NCBI RefSeq assembly: GCF_014280175.1
Contig: NZ_CP047931.1
Coordinates: forward strand, 1,770,001 to 1,802,000
Source of the DNA: Synechococcus sp. A15-28
GTDB lineage: Bacteria; Cyanobacteriota; Cyanobacteriia; PCC-6307; Cyanobiaceae
Length of the DNA stretch: 32,000 nucleotides
Direction: 5' to 3'
Below the pieces are notes generated by a model, which was given only the letters and a program-made list of their open reading frames with translations, was not told the DNA's origin and ran no database searches. The stretch's first letter is position 1, and the number at the start of each line of letters is the position of its first letter. This document shows, in pieces, positions 9,752 through 19,865 of the stretch. The position numbers were made by a program, and so were the translations under genes.

Positions 9752-10600
9752 GTGTTCAACAAACTCCTGATCGCCGATTCCGGCAAAGGACACGTGGAGG
9801 AGATGATCCGGATGCTGCAGGACATCCCGTCGATGCAGAGCGCCGCCGTGACTCTGCTGCATGTGATCCCCGAACAGAGCAAAGCCGGGGCCGATGGCCA
9901 CCGCATCGACGCGGAAGAGCTGCTGGACAGCGCGATCAACCGGATGGGACTGGAGCGCAGTCGCGTGACCTCGCTGGTGAGAGAAGGGGATACGAAGCAG
10001 ACCGTGCTGAACGTTGCCGAGGAGCAGAACTGCGACCTGATCGTGATGGGCTCACGGGGGCTGGGACGCCTCCAGTCGATCCTGGCCAACAGTGCCAGTC
10101 AATACGTCTTTCAGCTCTCCACCCGCCCGATGCTGCTGGTGCGCGACGACCTGTACGTTCGCCACGTCAACCGTGTGATGGTGACCATCGATGGCACCGG
10201 CGTGGGCGACGACGCCCTGCGCAACGCCTGCCAACTCGTCAAACAGATTCCCGGTGGCACCCTCACCGGTGTTCACGTCGTCTCCCAGGAGACCGCTCCA
10301 AGCCGGGGCGGCCTCAGCAAAGCCGACGAACTTCTCAACGCTGCGGCACAACGGGCCCGTGGCTTCGGGGTGGACCTCAAAGGCCTCACCGTTCAAGGCA
10401 AAGACATCGGCCGGGCGGTCTGCCAGGCCGCGGAACAAACCAATGCCGACCTGTTGGTCGTTGCCTCACAGGACAGACGCCCCTTGGTGGCTCGGGGTCT
10501 TGTCGATCTCGACAAACTTCTGGGGGGATCCGTCAGCGATTACATCCGCGTTCACGCCCCAGCACCTGTGTTGCTGGTCCGTGAACCGGAAGCCAACTGA
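9752..10600 (+). CDS. tandem universal stress protein (two Usp domains)
   Basis: MFNKLLIADSGKGHVEEMIRMLQDI...NCDLIVMGSRGLGRLQSILANSASQYVFQLSTRPMLLVR, then a second VNRVMVTIDGTGVGDDALRNA domain ending APAPVLLVRE. Confidence 0.93.
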   Translation: MFNKLLIADSGKGHVEEMIRMLQDIPSMQSAAVTLLHVIPEQSKAGADGHRIDAEELLDSAINRMGLERSRVTSLVREGDTKQTVLNVAEEQNCDLIVMGSRGLGRLQSILANSASQYVFQLSTRPMLLVRDDLYVRHVNRVMVTIDGTGVGDDALRNACQLVKQIPGGTLTGVHVVSQETAPSRGGLSKADELLNAAAQRARGFGVDLKGLTVQGKDIGRAVCQAAEQTNADLLVVASQDRRPLVARGLVDLDKLLGGSVSDYIRVHAPAPVLLVREPEAN

Positions 10601-10602
10601 GG

Positions 10603-10707
10603 TCAACTCTCGCTGTTATTGGTGCCGATATAGAGGACGATCAGGAAAATTGCCGGAACCAGGATGAACAGGAGGCTGGCGACGAATCCGAGATCGTTGG
10701 TTTCCAT
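10603..10707 (-). CDS. psbM: photosystem II reaction center protein M (34 aa)
   Basis: Read manually: METNDLGFVASLLFILVPAIFLIVLYIGTNNSES*; canonical PsbM N-terminus and TM helix. Absent from the supplied ORF track because of size. Confidence 0.96.
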   Translation of the reverse strand: METNDLGFVASLLFILVPAIFLIVLYIGTNNSES

Positions 10708-10766
10708 GGCCGCTGAAGGTGTCCTGGCGAAGGTATCACCGGCCCAAGGCCAACGACCGAGACACC

Positions 10767-11216
10767 TCAGCCCTCGTCATCGGTAGTTGCAGCCTCTTTG
10801 TCCTCTTCAGTTAGTTCTTCAGCTTCCGGGGGAGCCGGCCAGGCGACGGGTCCCGTTGGAAGCGGTGCCTGACGCGCTGCCTTCAAGCGGTTGTCGGCAT
10901 CGGGCAGACGCACCTGAGGGCGGGTCAGCACCATGACCGACGTCTCCACCAGGGCCTGACAGGCAAGGCGCCAATCCTCAGGACGCCGACGCAGCTTGCT
11001 GTCCTCAACGGGGGTGCGAGCTGTCAGAGCCTCTTGCCCTGCTTCGTCCATGACGGAGACGAAACAGGTGATGCACTGACCACAGCCGCCACAATTTCCC
11101 AACTGCCCCTTGAGTCCGTAGAGCTCAATTCCCTCGCGTAGGGCCACTTCCCTCAGGTTTTCGCCGGGATAACACTCGACATCGCGACCTTCTCGGACAA
11201 AACGGATCACCGGCAT
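10767..11216 (-). CDS. 2Fe-2S ferredoxin-like protein
   Basis: MPVIRFVREGRDVECYPGENLREVALREGIELYGLKGQLGNCGGCGQCITCFVSVMDEAG with C..C..C cluster ligands; long acidic C-terminal tail. Start taken at the internal Met of the 10767..11297 ORF. Confidence 0.87.
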   Translation of the reverse strand: MPVIRFVREGRDVECYPGENLREVALREGIELYGLKGQLGNCGGCGQCITCFVSVMDEAGQEALTARTPVEDSKLRRRPEDWRLACQALVETSVMVLTRPQVRLPDADNRLKAARQAPLPTGPVAWPAPPEAEELTEEDKEAATTDDEG

Positions 11217-11408
11217 TGGAGGGGAGATGTCGCCAAAGGTGTGCCCACTATGCGACCAAGAGTTGCGTTTTGTGAACAGGTGATCGGCTCCATTCATGTC
11301 ACCGCACGTTTCAGCTCATTCGGCCTCCAGCCGTTGACAGGGACGAACCCCTTACGATCGCAACGTCTGACTGCGTCCCTACGCGGTCTTGTCCCCCGAA
11401 CCTGACCC

Positions 11409-12968
11409 ATGGGATTGCCCTGGTATCGGGTGCACACCGTCGTCATCAACGACCCGGGCCGCCTTCTGGCCGTGCACCTCATGCATACAGCCCTTGTTGC
11501 CGGCTGGGCCGGCTCCATGGCTCTGTACGAACTTGCGATTTTTGACCCGTCCGATCCCGTCCTGAACCCCATGTGGCGTCAGGGCATGTTCGTGATGCCG
11601 TTCATGTCACGTCTTGGCGTGACCGGCAGCTGGGGCGGTTGGAGCATTACCGGTGAAACCGGCGTTGATCCCGGCTTCTGGAGCTTCGAGGGTGTCGCTG
11701 CAGCTCACATCGTGTTTTCCGGCCTGCTCATGCTGGCCGCCATCTGGCACTGGACTTACTGGGACCTGGAAATCTGGCAGGACCCCCGGACCGGGGAACC
11801 AGCCCTTGACCTCCCCAAGATCTTCGGCATCCACCTCCTCCTCGCGGGACTGGGCTGCTTCGGATTCGGCGCTTTCCATCTCACCGGTGTCTTCGGACCG
11901 GGCATGTGGGTCTCAGACCCCTACGGAATAACGGGTCACCTTGAGGCTGTTCAACCGTCTTGGGGTCCTGAAGGCTTCAACCCGTTCAATCCCGGTGGCA
12001 TCGTTGCCCACCACATCGCCGCTGGAATCGTCGGAATCATTGCCGGCATTTTCCACATCACCACACGTCCTCCCGAGCGCCTTTACAAAGCACTGCGGAT
12101 GGGCAACATCGAAACCGTGCTGGCCAGTGCCATCGCAGCAGTGTTCTTCGCGGCGTTCATCGTCGCTGGAACCATGTGGTACGGCGCCGCTGCAACGCCC
12201 GTTGAGTTGTTCGGTCCCACCCGATATCAGTGGGATCAGAGCTACTTCAAGACTGAAATCAACCGTCGTGTCCAGACCGCGATGGATGACGGTGCGACCC
12301 GACAGGAGGCCTATGAGTCCATTCCTGAAAAGCTGGCCTTCTATGACTACGTCGGCAACAGCCCTGCCAAAGGTGGTCTGTTCCGTGTCGGCCCTATGGT
12401 GAATGGCGATGGACTCGCCACCTCCTGGGTGGGCCATATCGTCTTCACCGACAAGGAAGGGCGTGAACTGGAAGTTCGCCGCCTGCCCAACTTCTTCGAG
12501 AACTTCCCCGTCGTCCTCCAGGACGAACAAGGTGTTGTTCGTGCCGACATTCCCTACCGCCGGGCTGAAGCCAAATATTCCTTCGAGCAACAGGGCGTCA
12601 CGGCTCAGGTGTTCGGTGGTGCTCTGGACGGCCAGTCCTTCACTGACCCTGCGGACGTGAAGCGTCTGGCGCGTAAGGCTCAGCTGGGTGAAGGTTTCGA
12701 CTTCGATCGCGAGACCTACGGCTCTGACGGCGTCTTCCGCAGCTCACCCCGTGGTTGGTTCACCTTCGGCCACGCCACCTTCGCGCTGCTGTTCTTCTTC
12801 GGCCACATCTGGCACGGTGCTCGCACCTTGTACCGCGACGTGTTCGCCGGTATCGACCCCGATCTCGGCGACCAGGTGGAGTTCGGACTGTTCGCCAAAC
12901 TCGGCGACAAAACGACCCGCCGTTTGCCCGAGGGTTACGTTCCTCCTGCTGGAACACCCCTCAACTGA
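11409..12968 (+). CDS. psbB: photosystem II CP47 chlorophyll apoprotein
   Basis: 519 aa: [62 protein letters not shown]... Confidence 0.99.
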   Translation: MGLPWYRVHTVVINDPGRLLAVHLMHTALVAGWAGSMALYELAIFDPSDPVLNPMWRQGMFVMPFMSRLGVTGSWGGWSITGETGVDPGFWSFEGVAAAHIVFSGLLMLAAIWHWTYWDLEIWQDPRTGEPALDLPKIFGIHLLLAGLGCFGFGAFHLTGVFGPGMWVSDPYGITGHLEAVQPSWGPEGFNPFNPGGIVAHHIAAGIVGIIAGIFHITTRPPERLYKALRMGNIETVLASAIAAVFFAAFIVAGTMWYGAAATPVELFGPTRYQWDQSYFKTEINRRVQTAMDDGATRQEAYESIPEKLAFYDYVGNSPAKGGLFRVGPMVNGDGLATSWVGHIVFTDKEGRELEVRRLPNFFENFPVVLQDEQGVVRADIPYRRAEAKYSFEQQGVTAQVFGGALDGQSFTDPADVKRLARKAQLGEGFDFDRETYGSDGVFRSSPRGWFTFGHATFALLFFFGHIWHGARTLYRDVFAGIDPDLGDQVEFGLFAKLGDKTTRRLPEGYVPPAGTPLN

Positions 12969-12989
12969 TCGCCCCTCAGGAGACCCTCG

Positions 12990-13085
12990 ATGGAAAGCTT
13001 CGCTTACGTCCTCATCCTCACCCTTGCGATTGCCACCTTGTTTTTCGCAATTGCGTTCCGCGATCCCCCGAAAATCGGTAAGTGA
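12990..13085 (+). CDS. psbT: photosystem II reaction center protein T (31 aa)
   Basis: Read manually: [31 protein letters not shown]; directly downstream of psbB. Confidence 0.96.
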   Translation: MESFAYVLILTLAIATLFFAIAFRDPPKIGK

Positions 13086-13094
13086 TCCATTCCC

Positions 13095-13123
13095 AAAAAA
13101 CCCCGCCATGGCGGGGTTTTTTT
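13095..13123 (+). terminator. intrinsic terminator after psbB-psbT
   Basis: aaaaaaccccgccatggcggggttttttt: GC-rich stem followed by T-run. Confidence 0.93.
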
Positions 13124-13266
13124 GTGATCGTTCATCCTTGCCCTTTCAATTCACCACCGGCATTCAAAGAAGTCATTCACGGAGGCGCGAAAGACCAGGC
13201 ATCACCACCCTTTTCAAGGGTCAATTCAATGATTAAAGTTGACAGTGTCTACCAACTGTTTCCGGC

Positions 13267-13749
13267 TTGCAGTGCCCTTCTTGCCAAAACACGGATAGCC
13301 GTGTGCTCGAATCGCGGGCAGCTGATGGCGGAAGAAGTGTGCGTCGGCGACGTGAATGCTTGAACTGTGAGTTTCGGTTCACCACCTACGAGAGAGTGGA
13401 AACCGTTCCCATCACAGTGATCAAGCGCAACGGCAACCGGGAGATTTTCAGCCGCAGCAAGCTTCTTCACGGCCTCAACCGAGCGTGCGAGAAAACGGGC
13501 TTGGATGCCTCACGGCTTGAAACTCTTGTGGAAGAGCTCGAACTCAAGCTTCAACAGCGCAGCGGTCGCGAAGTGAGCAGCGCCGAAATCGGCGAGCTGG
13601 TGCTGGTGGAACTCAAACAGATGAGTGAAGTGGCTTACATCCGCTTCGCTTCCGTTTATCGCCAGTTCCGGGGGATTGACGACTTTGTCTCAACCCTTGA
13701 AACCATGAACCAAAAACCAGGGCCAGGGCATCTGGCGGCCGTGGGATAA
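13267..13749 (+). CDS. nrdR: transcriptional repressor NrdR
   Basis: [45 protein letters not shown]: zinc ribbon plus ATP-cone. Confidence 0.97.
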   Translation: MQCPSCQNTDSRVLESRAADGGRSVRRRRECLNCEFRFTTYERVETVPITVIKRNGNREIFSRSKLLHGLNRACEKTGLDASRLETLVEELELKLQQRSGREVSSAEIGELVLVELKQMSEVAYIRFASVYRQFRGIDDFVSTLETMNQKPGPGHLAAVG

Positions 13750-13851
13750 GGCCCCATCGATCTGTAGGATCCATAGCTCTCCTTGAACCGTCGGCGGGCG
13801 GTTCATGCGATCCACTCGTACTACCCGCATGAGGTAGACCGCCAAACCCCC

Positions 13852-14955
13852 ATGTCCGCGACTCCCACTGAAGAGCAGCTTCAGGACGTTCAAACCGCAG
13901 CGACCGAAGAGGTCAGCCAGGACGCCACCGCAGCTGTCGCCAGCGTTGATGAAGCCTTTGAGGCTGCTGAGGATCTCGGCATCCCCGAGGAGGTTCCCAC
14001 CGCTGATGATCCGGGCAGCCGAGCCAGCAGTCGAAATCTCGATGACGCCGGATTCACCATCGATGAATTCGCAGCGCTGCTCAGCAAGTACGACTACAAC
14101 TTCAAGCCTGGCGACATCGTCAACGGCACCGTTTTCGCCCTGGAATCCAAGGGCGCGATGATCGATATCGGCGCCAAGACGGCTGCCTTCATGCCTGTGC
14201 AAGAGGTGTCGATCAACCGGGTGGAAGGTTTGAGCGATGTGCTCCAGCCCGGCGAGATCCGCGAATTCTTCATCATGAGTGAAGAAAACGAGGACGGACA
14301 GCTCGCTCTTTCGGTGCGCCGCATCGAATACCAGCGCGCCTGGGAACGGGTGCGCCAGCTGCAGAAGGAGGACGCCACCATCTACTCCGAGGTGTTTGCC
14401 ACCAACCGCGGTGGTGCCCTGGTTCGGGTGGAAGGCCTGAGAGGCTTCATCCCCGGCTCCCACATCAGCACCCGCAAACCGAAGGAAGAGCTGGTGGCTG
14501 ACTTCCTGCCACTCAAGTTCCTTGAGGTGGACGAAGAGCGCAACCGTCTGGTGCTGAGCCATCGCCGGGCTCTCGTGGAGCGCAAGATGAATCGCCTCGA
14601 GGTGGGCGAAGTGGTGGTGGGCACCGTCCGCGGCATCAAGCCCTACGGCGCCTTCATCGATATCGGCGGCGTCAGCGGCCTGCTGCACATCTCGGAGATC
14701 AGCCACGAACACATCGAGACCCCGCACTCGGTGCTCAACGTGAATGATCAGATGAAGGTGATGATCATCGATCTCGACGCCGAGCGCGGCCGGATCTCCC
14801 TCTCCACCAAGGCTCTGGAACCGGAACCCGGCGACATGCTCACCGATCCGCAGAAGGTGTTCGACAAGGCCGAGGAAATGGCCGCCCGTTACAAGCAGAT
14901 GCTCCTGGAGCAGGCCGAGGAGGGCGAGGATCCGATCAGCTCAATGATGATCTGA
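13852..14955 (+). CDS. rpsA: 30S ribosomal protein S1
   Basis: Three S1 domains: GDIVNGTVFALESKGAMIDIGAKTAAFMP, GALVRVEGLRGFIPGSHIS, GEVVVGTVRGIKPYGAFIDIGGVSGLLHISEIS. Confidence 0.95.
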   Translation: MSATPTEEQLQDVQTAATEEVSQDATAAVASVDEAFEAAEDLGIPEEVPTADDPGSRASSRNLDDAGFTIDEFAALLSKYDYNFKPGDIVNGTVFALESKGAMIDIGAKTAAFMPVQEVSINRVEGLSDVLQPGEIREFFIMSEENEDGQLALSVRRIEYQRAWERVRQLQKEDATIYSEVFATNRGGALVRVEGLRGFIPGSHISTRKPKEELVADFLPLKFLEVDEERNRLVLSHRRALVERKMNRLEVGEVVVGTVRGIKPYGAFIDIGGVSGLLHISEISHEHIETPHSVLNVNDQMKVMIIDLDAERGRISLSTKALEPEPGDMLTDPQKVFDKAEEMAARYKQMLLEQAEEGEDPISSMMI

Positions 14956-14961
14956 TTCGCC

Positions 14962-15732
14962 ATGGCGACATTGATGCTGAGGGGTGCTCCCATCGGCAAT
15001 TACGACGGGGTGCTGTTCGACAAGGACGGCACCCTTTCCCACAGCGAGCCCCATCTGCAGGAGCTGGCTGAAGCTCGGATCAGAACAGCTCTGGATCTCT
15101 GGAGCGCAACCGGGCAATCCCCAAATCCCGACCTGCGTCCTCTGCTCAGCCGCGCCTTCGGACTGGAGAACGGGGGGCTGCATCCCGCCGGCACCCTGGC
15201 CGTGGCAGCCCGGCAGGACAACATGATTTCGATGGCCACCGTGTTTTGCCTGCTGGGGTGCGGCTGGCCCCAAGCCCTGGAGCTGAGCGAACGGTGTTTC
15301 GAACTGGTGGATCAGAGACACAGCACCAGTCCTTCCCCCAGTCCTCTGCTTCCCCATGCCGACCGTTTGCTGCAACGGTTGCACGACGCTGGCATTCAGC
15401 TGGCTGTCATCAGCAATGACACGCGCTCGGGCATTCAGTCGTTTCTCAACCATCACGGCTTGTCCGATCGATTCAGCGATTGCTGGAGTGCCGACGATCA
15501 GCCCCGCAAGCCAGACCCCGCGGCTGTGCACCAGCTCTGCCAGAGGCTGAATCTCACGCCCGAGCGTTGTGCCCTGATCGGTGATGCCGAGACCGATTTA
15601 TCGATGGCTCGAACGGCTGGGATCGGTTGTGTGATCGGCTACCTCGGAGGCTGGGCAAAGCAACCGGAACTCCCCTCCGCCACCCACCGACTGACGGATT
15701 GGGATGAGATTGGACTGATCACCACCCCGTAG
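14962..15732 (+). CDS. HAD-superfamily hydrolase (phosphoglycolate phosphatase-like)
   Basis: GVLFDKDGTLSHSEPHL ... AVISNDTRSGIQSFLNHHGL ... KPDPAAVHQLCQRL ... ALIGDAETDLSMARTAG. Confidence 0.88.
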   Translation: MATLMLRGAPIGNYDGVLFDKDGTLSHSEPHLQELAEARIRTALDLWSATGQSPNPDLRPLLSRAFGLENGGLHPAGTLAVAARQDNMISMATVFCLLGCGWPQALELSERCFELVDQRHSTSPSPSPLLPHADRLLQRLHDAGIQLAVISNDTRSGIQSFLNHHGLSDRFSDCWSADDQPRKPDPAAVHQLCQRLNLTPERCALIGDAETDLSMARTAGIGCVIGYLGGWAKQPELPSATHRLTDWDEIGLITTP

Positions 15733-15756
15733 AGTCTGGCCATCGATCTCTTCTGT

Positions 15757-17016
15757 ATGAGCCGTTACGTCTTCACCTCAGAGTCGGTTACGGAAGGACA
15801 TCCCGACAAGATCTGCGACCAGGTCAGTGATGCGGTGCTCGATGCCTTGCTGGCCCAGGATCCCGCCAGCCGCGTGGCCTGTGAAACCGTGGTGAATACA
15901 GGCTTATGCATGATCACCGGTGAGGTGACCTCCAAAGCCCAGGTGGACTTCATCCACCTGGTGCGCAACGTCATCAAGGAAATCGGTTACAGCGGCGCCC
16001 GGGCCGGTGGCTTCGATGCCAACAGCTGCGCGGTGTTGGTCGCTCTCGACCAGCAATCTCCTGACATCGCCCAGGGGGTCAATGAGGCCGATGACCACGC
16101 TGGCGACCCTCTGGACCTGGTGGGTGCCGGTGACCAGGGAATCATGTTCGGCTACGCCTGCAACGAGACGCCCGAACTGATGCCCCTGCCCATCAGTCTG
16201 GCTCACAGATTGGCGCGTCGGCTGGCCGAGGTGCGCCACAACGGCTCCCTGGATTACCTGCTTCCTGATGGCAAGACCCAGGTGAGTGTTGTCTATGAAA
16301 ACGACAAGCCCGTTGCCATTGACACGATCCTGATCTCCACCCAGCACACCGCTGAAGTGAATGGAATCAGCGATGAGCAGGGCATCCGGGAACGCATCAC
16401 CGAAGACCTCTGGACCCACGTGGTGGAGCCGGCGACGGCCGACCTCGAACTCAAGCCTTCCCGCGAAGCGACCAAATATCTGGTGAACCCCACCGGCAAG
16501 TTTGTGGTGGGTGGTCCCCAGGGCGATGCGGGTCTCACGGGCCGCAAGATCATCGTGGACACCTACGGCGGCTATGCCCGCCACGGTGGTGGTGCCTTCT
16601 CCGGGAAAGACCCCACCAAAGTGGATCGCTCCGCCGCCTACGCAGCGCGCTACGTGGCCAAGTGCCTTGTTGCAACCGGACTCGCCGAACGGGCGGAGGT
16701 GCAGCTGAGTTATGCGATCGGCGTGGCCAAACCCGTCTCGATCCTGGTGGAATCCTTCGGGACTGGGAAGGTGTCGAATGCCGAGCTCACCGAACTGGTG
16801 CAGGAGCATTTCGACCTGCGCCCCGGCGCCATCATCGAAACCTTCGGACTGCGCAACCTGCCCCAGCAGCGCGGTGGTCGCTTCTACCAAGACACAGCCG
16901 CCTACGGCCACTTCGGTCGCAACGACCTCAAAGCCCCCTGGGAGGATGTGGCCGCCAAGAGCGAAGAGCTGGTGAAGGCAGAAGCCAAGCGCATCAAGCA
17001 GGGCGCCACGGTTTGA
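15757..17016 (+). CDS. metK: S-adenosylmethionine synthase
   Basis: [44 protein letters not shown]... Confidence 0.98.
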   Translation: MSRYVFTSESVTEGHPDKICDQVSDAVLDALLAQDPASRVACETVVNTGLCMITGEVTSKAQVDFIHLVRNVIKEIGYSGARAGGFDANSCAVLVALDQQSPDIAQGVNEADDHAGDPLDLVGAGDQGIMFGYACNETPELMPLPISLAHRLARRLAEVRHNGSLDYLLPDGKTQVSVVYENDKPVAIDTILISTQHTAEVNGISDEQGIRERITEDLWTHVVEPATADLELKPSREATKYLVNPTGKFVVGGPQGDAGLTGRKIIVDTYGGYARHGGGAFSGKDPTKVDRSAAYAARYVAKCLVATGLAERAEVQLSYAIGVAKPVSILVESFGTGKVSNAELTELVQEHFDLRPGAIIETFGLRNLPQQRGGRFYQDTAAYGHFGRNDLKAPWEDVAAKSEELVKAEAKRIKQGATV

Positions 17017-17017
17017 C

Positions 17018-18283
17018 GTGAACGTTGAAACATCGCTGGCGCTCGGCATCGACCTGGGCACCAGCGGTGTTCGCATTGCGGTGCTGAATCAGCAGGGCAC
17101 GCTGATTCATTCGTCGTCCGCTGAGTACGCCACGGGATTAACAGCCCCCTTGGACTGGGCTGAGGCGTGCCGCGACTTGATCACCCATTTGCCCGCTCAG
17201 ATCAGAGGTCAACTGGCCGCTGTTGCGGTCGATGGCACCTCGGGCACGCTTCTGGCTTGTCGGGAGGATGGCACCCCCATGGGGCCTGCACTGAGCTACG
17301 CCACAGCGTTCCCCGAGCAGAACAGTGCACTCAAACGGCTGGTGCCAGATGGCTGCGCGGCATCCAGCAGCAGCGGCAGCTTGGCGCGAGCCCTGCAGTT
17401 GCTGAACCACCATGGCCACATTGATCGCCTGCGACATCAAGCCGACTGGATCAGCGGTTGGTTCCTGCAGAACTGGCAATGGGGCGAAGAGGGCAACAAC
17501 CTCAAGCTTGGATGGGACCTTGAGCAAGCCACCTGGCAGGGCTGCATCGCTGATCAGTCCTGGAGTTCGGCCTTGCCTGAGGTGAAGCCAAGCGGTTCCG
17601 TGCTGGGACGCATCGCAATCGATCAGGCCAGGAATCTTGGCGTGCCGGAGGATCTGCTCGTGGTGGCCGGTACAACCGATTCCAACGCGGCGGTGTTGGC
17701 CGCGAACCCCGGCGACAACGACGGGATCACCGTGCTGGGCACCACTCTGGTGATGAAGCGATTCACGCCAGTACCGATCCAAGGAGCCGGCATCACGCGG
17801 CATCGGATCGGGCAGCGATGGTTGTGTGGCGGGGCTTCCAACGCTGGGGCCGGCGTGCTGCGGCGTTATTTCACCGATGCTGAGCTGGCGGAACTCAGCC
17901 GCCAGATCGACCCAGACCAAGACAGCGGCCTGAGTTACCAGCCCCTTCCGGCCCATGGCGAGCGATTTCCCGTGGACGATCCCAACCTCGAGCCGGTGCT
18001 GGAGCCACGGCCTGTGAGTGATGCCCTGTTTCTGCATGGGCTGCTGGAAGGTCTGGCGGAGATTGAGGCCAAGGGTTGGGAGCGACTGACGGAACTCGGG
18101 GCGGATCCACCGCAACGGGTGATCAGCCTCGGCGGTGGTGCCCGAAACCCCCAGTGGCGCAAGATCCGGCAGCGGCGGCTTGGCCTTCCCGTGGTGAGTT
18201 GCAACCAACCACCGGCCGCAGGTGTTGCCCTGCTGGCCCTGAGTCGGCAGCGGCAGACCGAGTACAAGATGAACAAGTCATAA
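17018..18283 (+). CDS. FGGY-family carbohydrate kinase
   Basis: LALGIDLGTSGVRIAVLNQQGTLIHSS ... AVDGTSGTLLACREDGTPMGPALSY ... VVAGTTDSNAAVLAANPG; GTG start one base after the metK stop. Confidence 0.87.
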   Translation: MNVETSLALGIDLGTSGVRIAVLNQQGTLIHSSSAEYATGLTAPLDWAEACRDLITHLPAQIRGQLAAVAVDGTSGTLLACREDGTPMGPALSYATAFPEQNSALKRLVPDGCAASSSSGSLARALQLLNHHGHIDRLRHQADWISGWFLQNWQWGEEGNNLKLGWDLEQATWQGCIADQSWSSALPEVKPSGSVLGRIAIDQARNLGVPEDLLVVAGTTDSNAAVLAANPGDNDGITVLGTTLVMKRFTPVPIQGAGITRHRIGQRWLCGGASNAGAGVLRRYFTDAELAELSRQIDPDQDSGLSYQPLPAHGERFPVDDPNLEPVLEPRPVSDALFLHGLLEGLAEIEAKGWERLTELGADPPQRVISLGGGARNPQWRKIRQRRLGLPVVSCNQPPAAGVALLALSRQRQTEYKMNKS

Positions 18284-18430
18284 GATTTTCGCCATACATT
18301 CATTACCGAGTTATCAAATGCAATTCTCAGTCCATAAAGGCAAACATTTTGTTGCAAGCTGGCTGAATTGAACTGGTTTCTCAGTTCATAGCTTTATCCT
18401 CTCCGATATCAATCTCAATACAAATCAGAA

Positions 18431-19333
18431 ATGATCGCCATCAAGCCGACCCGCGACTTCACGAATCTTGGCCGGATTTCATTCTCCGCCAACAACGCCT
18501 CCAAACCCAAACAGAACACTGCAATCAATCGCTACCGAGCCGAACAAACCCAGGGGGGTTTGATATCGCGCAAAGGCCTGGCTGCATCCTCACAAAACGA
18601 GTACAAAGAGAATCTTTGCTCAGCGATGGGGATTGGAATCGGCCCCAGAGTTCACAGCGAATGTCCTTTTAGCAGTGTTAATGATCAATATGCTGCAACA
18701 GGGAACGAAGCTCTTGAGGTGGCAATCGAAGCGGCATATCGGCAGGTACTCGGGAATCTTGGACCAACGATCAGTCAGAAATGCATCGAACTTGAATCGC
18801 AACTAAAGAATGGCGAGATAAGCGTCAGAGATTTCGTGGCGGGACTTGCAAAGAGTGATCTCTACAGGGAAAACTACTTTTCGAAAGTTTCGCCAATCCG
18901 CGGCATCGAGCTGAACTACAAGCACCTTCTCGGTCGGCCGCCGATCAATCAAGTAGAAGTAAGTGCTGCCATAAGCCTTATCGCATCCAAAGGCTTTAAT
19001 GCGTTCATCGATCAGATCACACGATCTGGGGAATACCTAGAGGTTTTCGGAACAGACACAGTTCCATACCTGCGTGCATGGACATCAGAAGCACGCGCCT
19101 ATTGTTCAACTTTTGCCAACCTTGCTCGCGTCACTCCTGGCAATGCAAGCTCAGACACTATTGTTGAGCGACGGAGCCAACTGGTTGTTGAGTTCAGCAA
19201 TGCACGTAGCCTGAGCGAGGCTGGCAACAAATATGAAGTCAGTGGCTTCTCTTATTCCAAAGCAACAAGCGATCCCACCTCTGCGGCATTCCTCAGAATG
19301 TACCAATCCAAAACAGCAAAATCCTGGAACTAA
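18431..19333 (+). CDS. mpeE: phycoerythrin II-associated rod linker, MpeC paralog (MpeE-type, 300 aa)
   Basis: PBS linker domain (EVAIEAAYRQVLGN...QLKNGEISVRDFVAGLAKSDLYRENYF...GIELNYKHLLGRPP); N-terminal GIGIGPRVHSECPF; exactly 300 residues as described for MpeE (SYNW1989) of strain WH8102. Confidence 0.85.
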   Translation: MIAIKPTRDFTNLGRISFSANNASKPKQNTAINRYRAEQTQGGLISRKGLAASSQNEYKENLCSAMGIGIGPRVHSECPFSSVNDQYAATGNEALEVAIEAAYRQVLGNLGPTISQKCIELESQLKNGEISVRDFVAGLAKSDLYRENYFSKVSPIRGIELNYKHLLGRPPINQVEVSAAISLIASKGFNAFIDQITRSGEYLEVFGTDTVPYLRAWTSEARAYCSTFANLARVTPGNASSDTIVERRSQLVVEFSNARSLSEAGNKYEVSGFSYSKATSDPTSAAFLRMYQSKTAKSWN

Positions 19334-19364
19334 TCAACATAAACCACCAAAATCCAGGCTGACC

Positions 19365-19399
19365 AAACGTAGGACTTGCGACACGCAAGTCCTACGTTT
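19365..19399. terminator. long perfect hairpin downstream of the mpeE-like gene
   Basis: aaacgtaggacttgc - gacac - gcaagtcctacgttt: 15-bp perfect stem, 5-nt loop, followed by T. Confidence 0.75.
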
Positions 19400-19416
19400 T
19401 CGAAGTCAAATCAGTT

Positions 19417-19530
19417 ATGACTAAAAAACTCCAAGAAATTCTTTCTATTTTTTTGTTTGTAGTGTTGTCTTGCTACGTCGGCTTTAGTGCTGTTCGCTTC
19501 GGCTCACTGCTGTGGCAACGCTTGAGCTAA
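19417..19530 (+). CDS. candidate small single-TM protein (37 aa)
   Basis: Read manually: MTKKLQEILSIFLFVVLSCYVGFSAVRFGSLLWQRLS*; hydrophobic central segment. Too short for the supplied ORF track. Confidence 0.45.
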   Translation: MTKKLQEILSIFLFVVLSCYVGFSAVRFGSLLWQRLS

Positions 19531-19558
19531 CTCCAGCAATTTCCTCCTTAGCAGCAAA

Positions 19559-19834
19559 ATGCCTTCTGATCCTTTGACTCCTGCCGTCAGCGCTCGGATC
19601 TGCAAACACATGAATGAGGATCACGCTGAGGCCGTTTTGGCCTACGCCCACCACTACGGCGGAGTGGATGCAGCATCGGCCGCCGAAATGGTGGCTGTCT
19701 CAGCAACAGACATGGAGCTGAAGGTGGACGGACAGCCACTGCGCATTCCCTTCGATCACACCCTCACCGACAGCGAGGACGCCCATCGCACCCTTGTGGC
19801 GATGCTTCGTGCCATGCCCAAACAGGACGCCTGA
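19559..19834 (+). CDS. DUF2470-like / heme-utilisation-type small protein
   Basis: ARICKHMNEDHAEAVLAYAHHYGGVDAASAAEMVAVSATDMELKVDG. Confidence 0.8.
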   Translation: MPSDPLTPAVSARICKHMNEDHAEAVLAYAHHYGGVDAASAAEMVAVSATDMELKVDGQPLRIPFDHTLTDSEDAHRTLVAMLRAMPKQDA

Positions 19835-19865
19835 GGGGAATCCTTCCAGCAGCCTTGCTTGATCG

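Noticed and set aside
9634-10584. Plus-strand 316-aa ORF overlapping the Usp gene
   Set aside because: R/P/Q-rich translation typical of an alternate frame; the 9752..10600 frame has two clear Usp domains.
11913-12590. Minus-strand 225-aa ORF opposite psbB
   Set aside because: Antisense to psbB, no domain signature.
13690-14727. Minus-strand 345-aa ORF opposite rpsA
   Set aside because: Shadow of the S1-domain gene; no independent support.
15904-17076. Minus-strand 390-aa ORF opposite metK
   Set aside because: MetK is unambiguous on the plus strand; the His/Gly-rich translation is a reverse-frame artefact.
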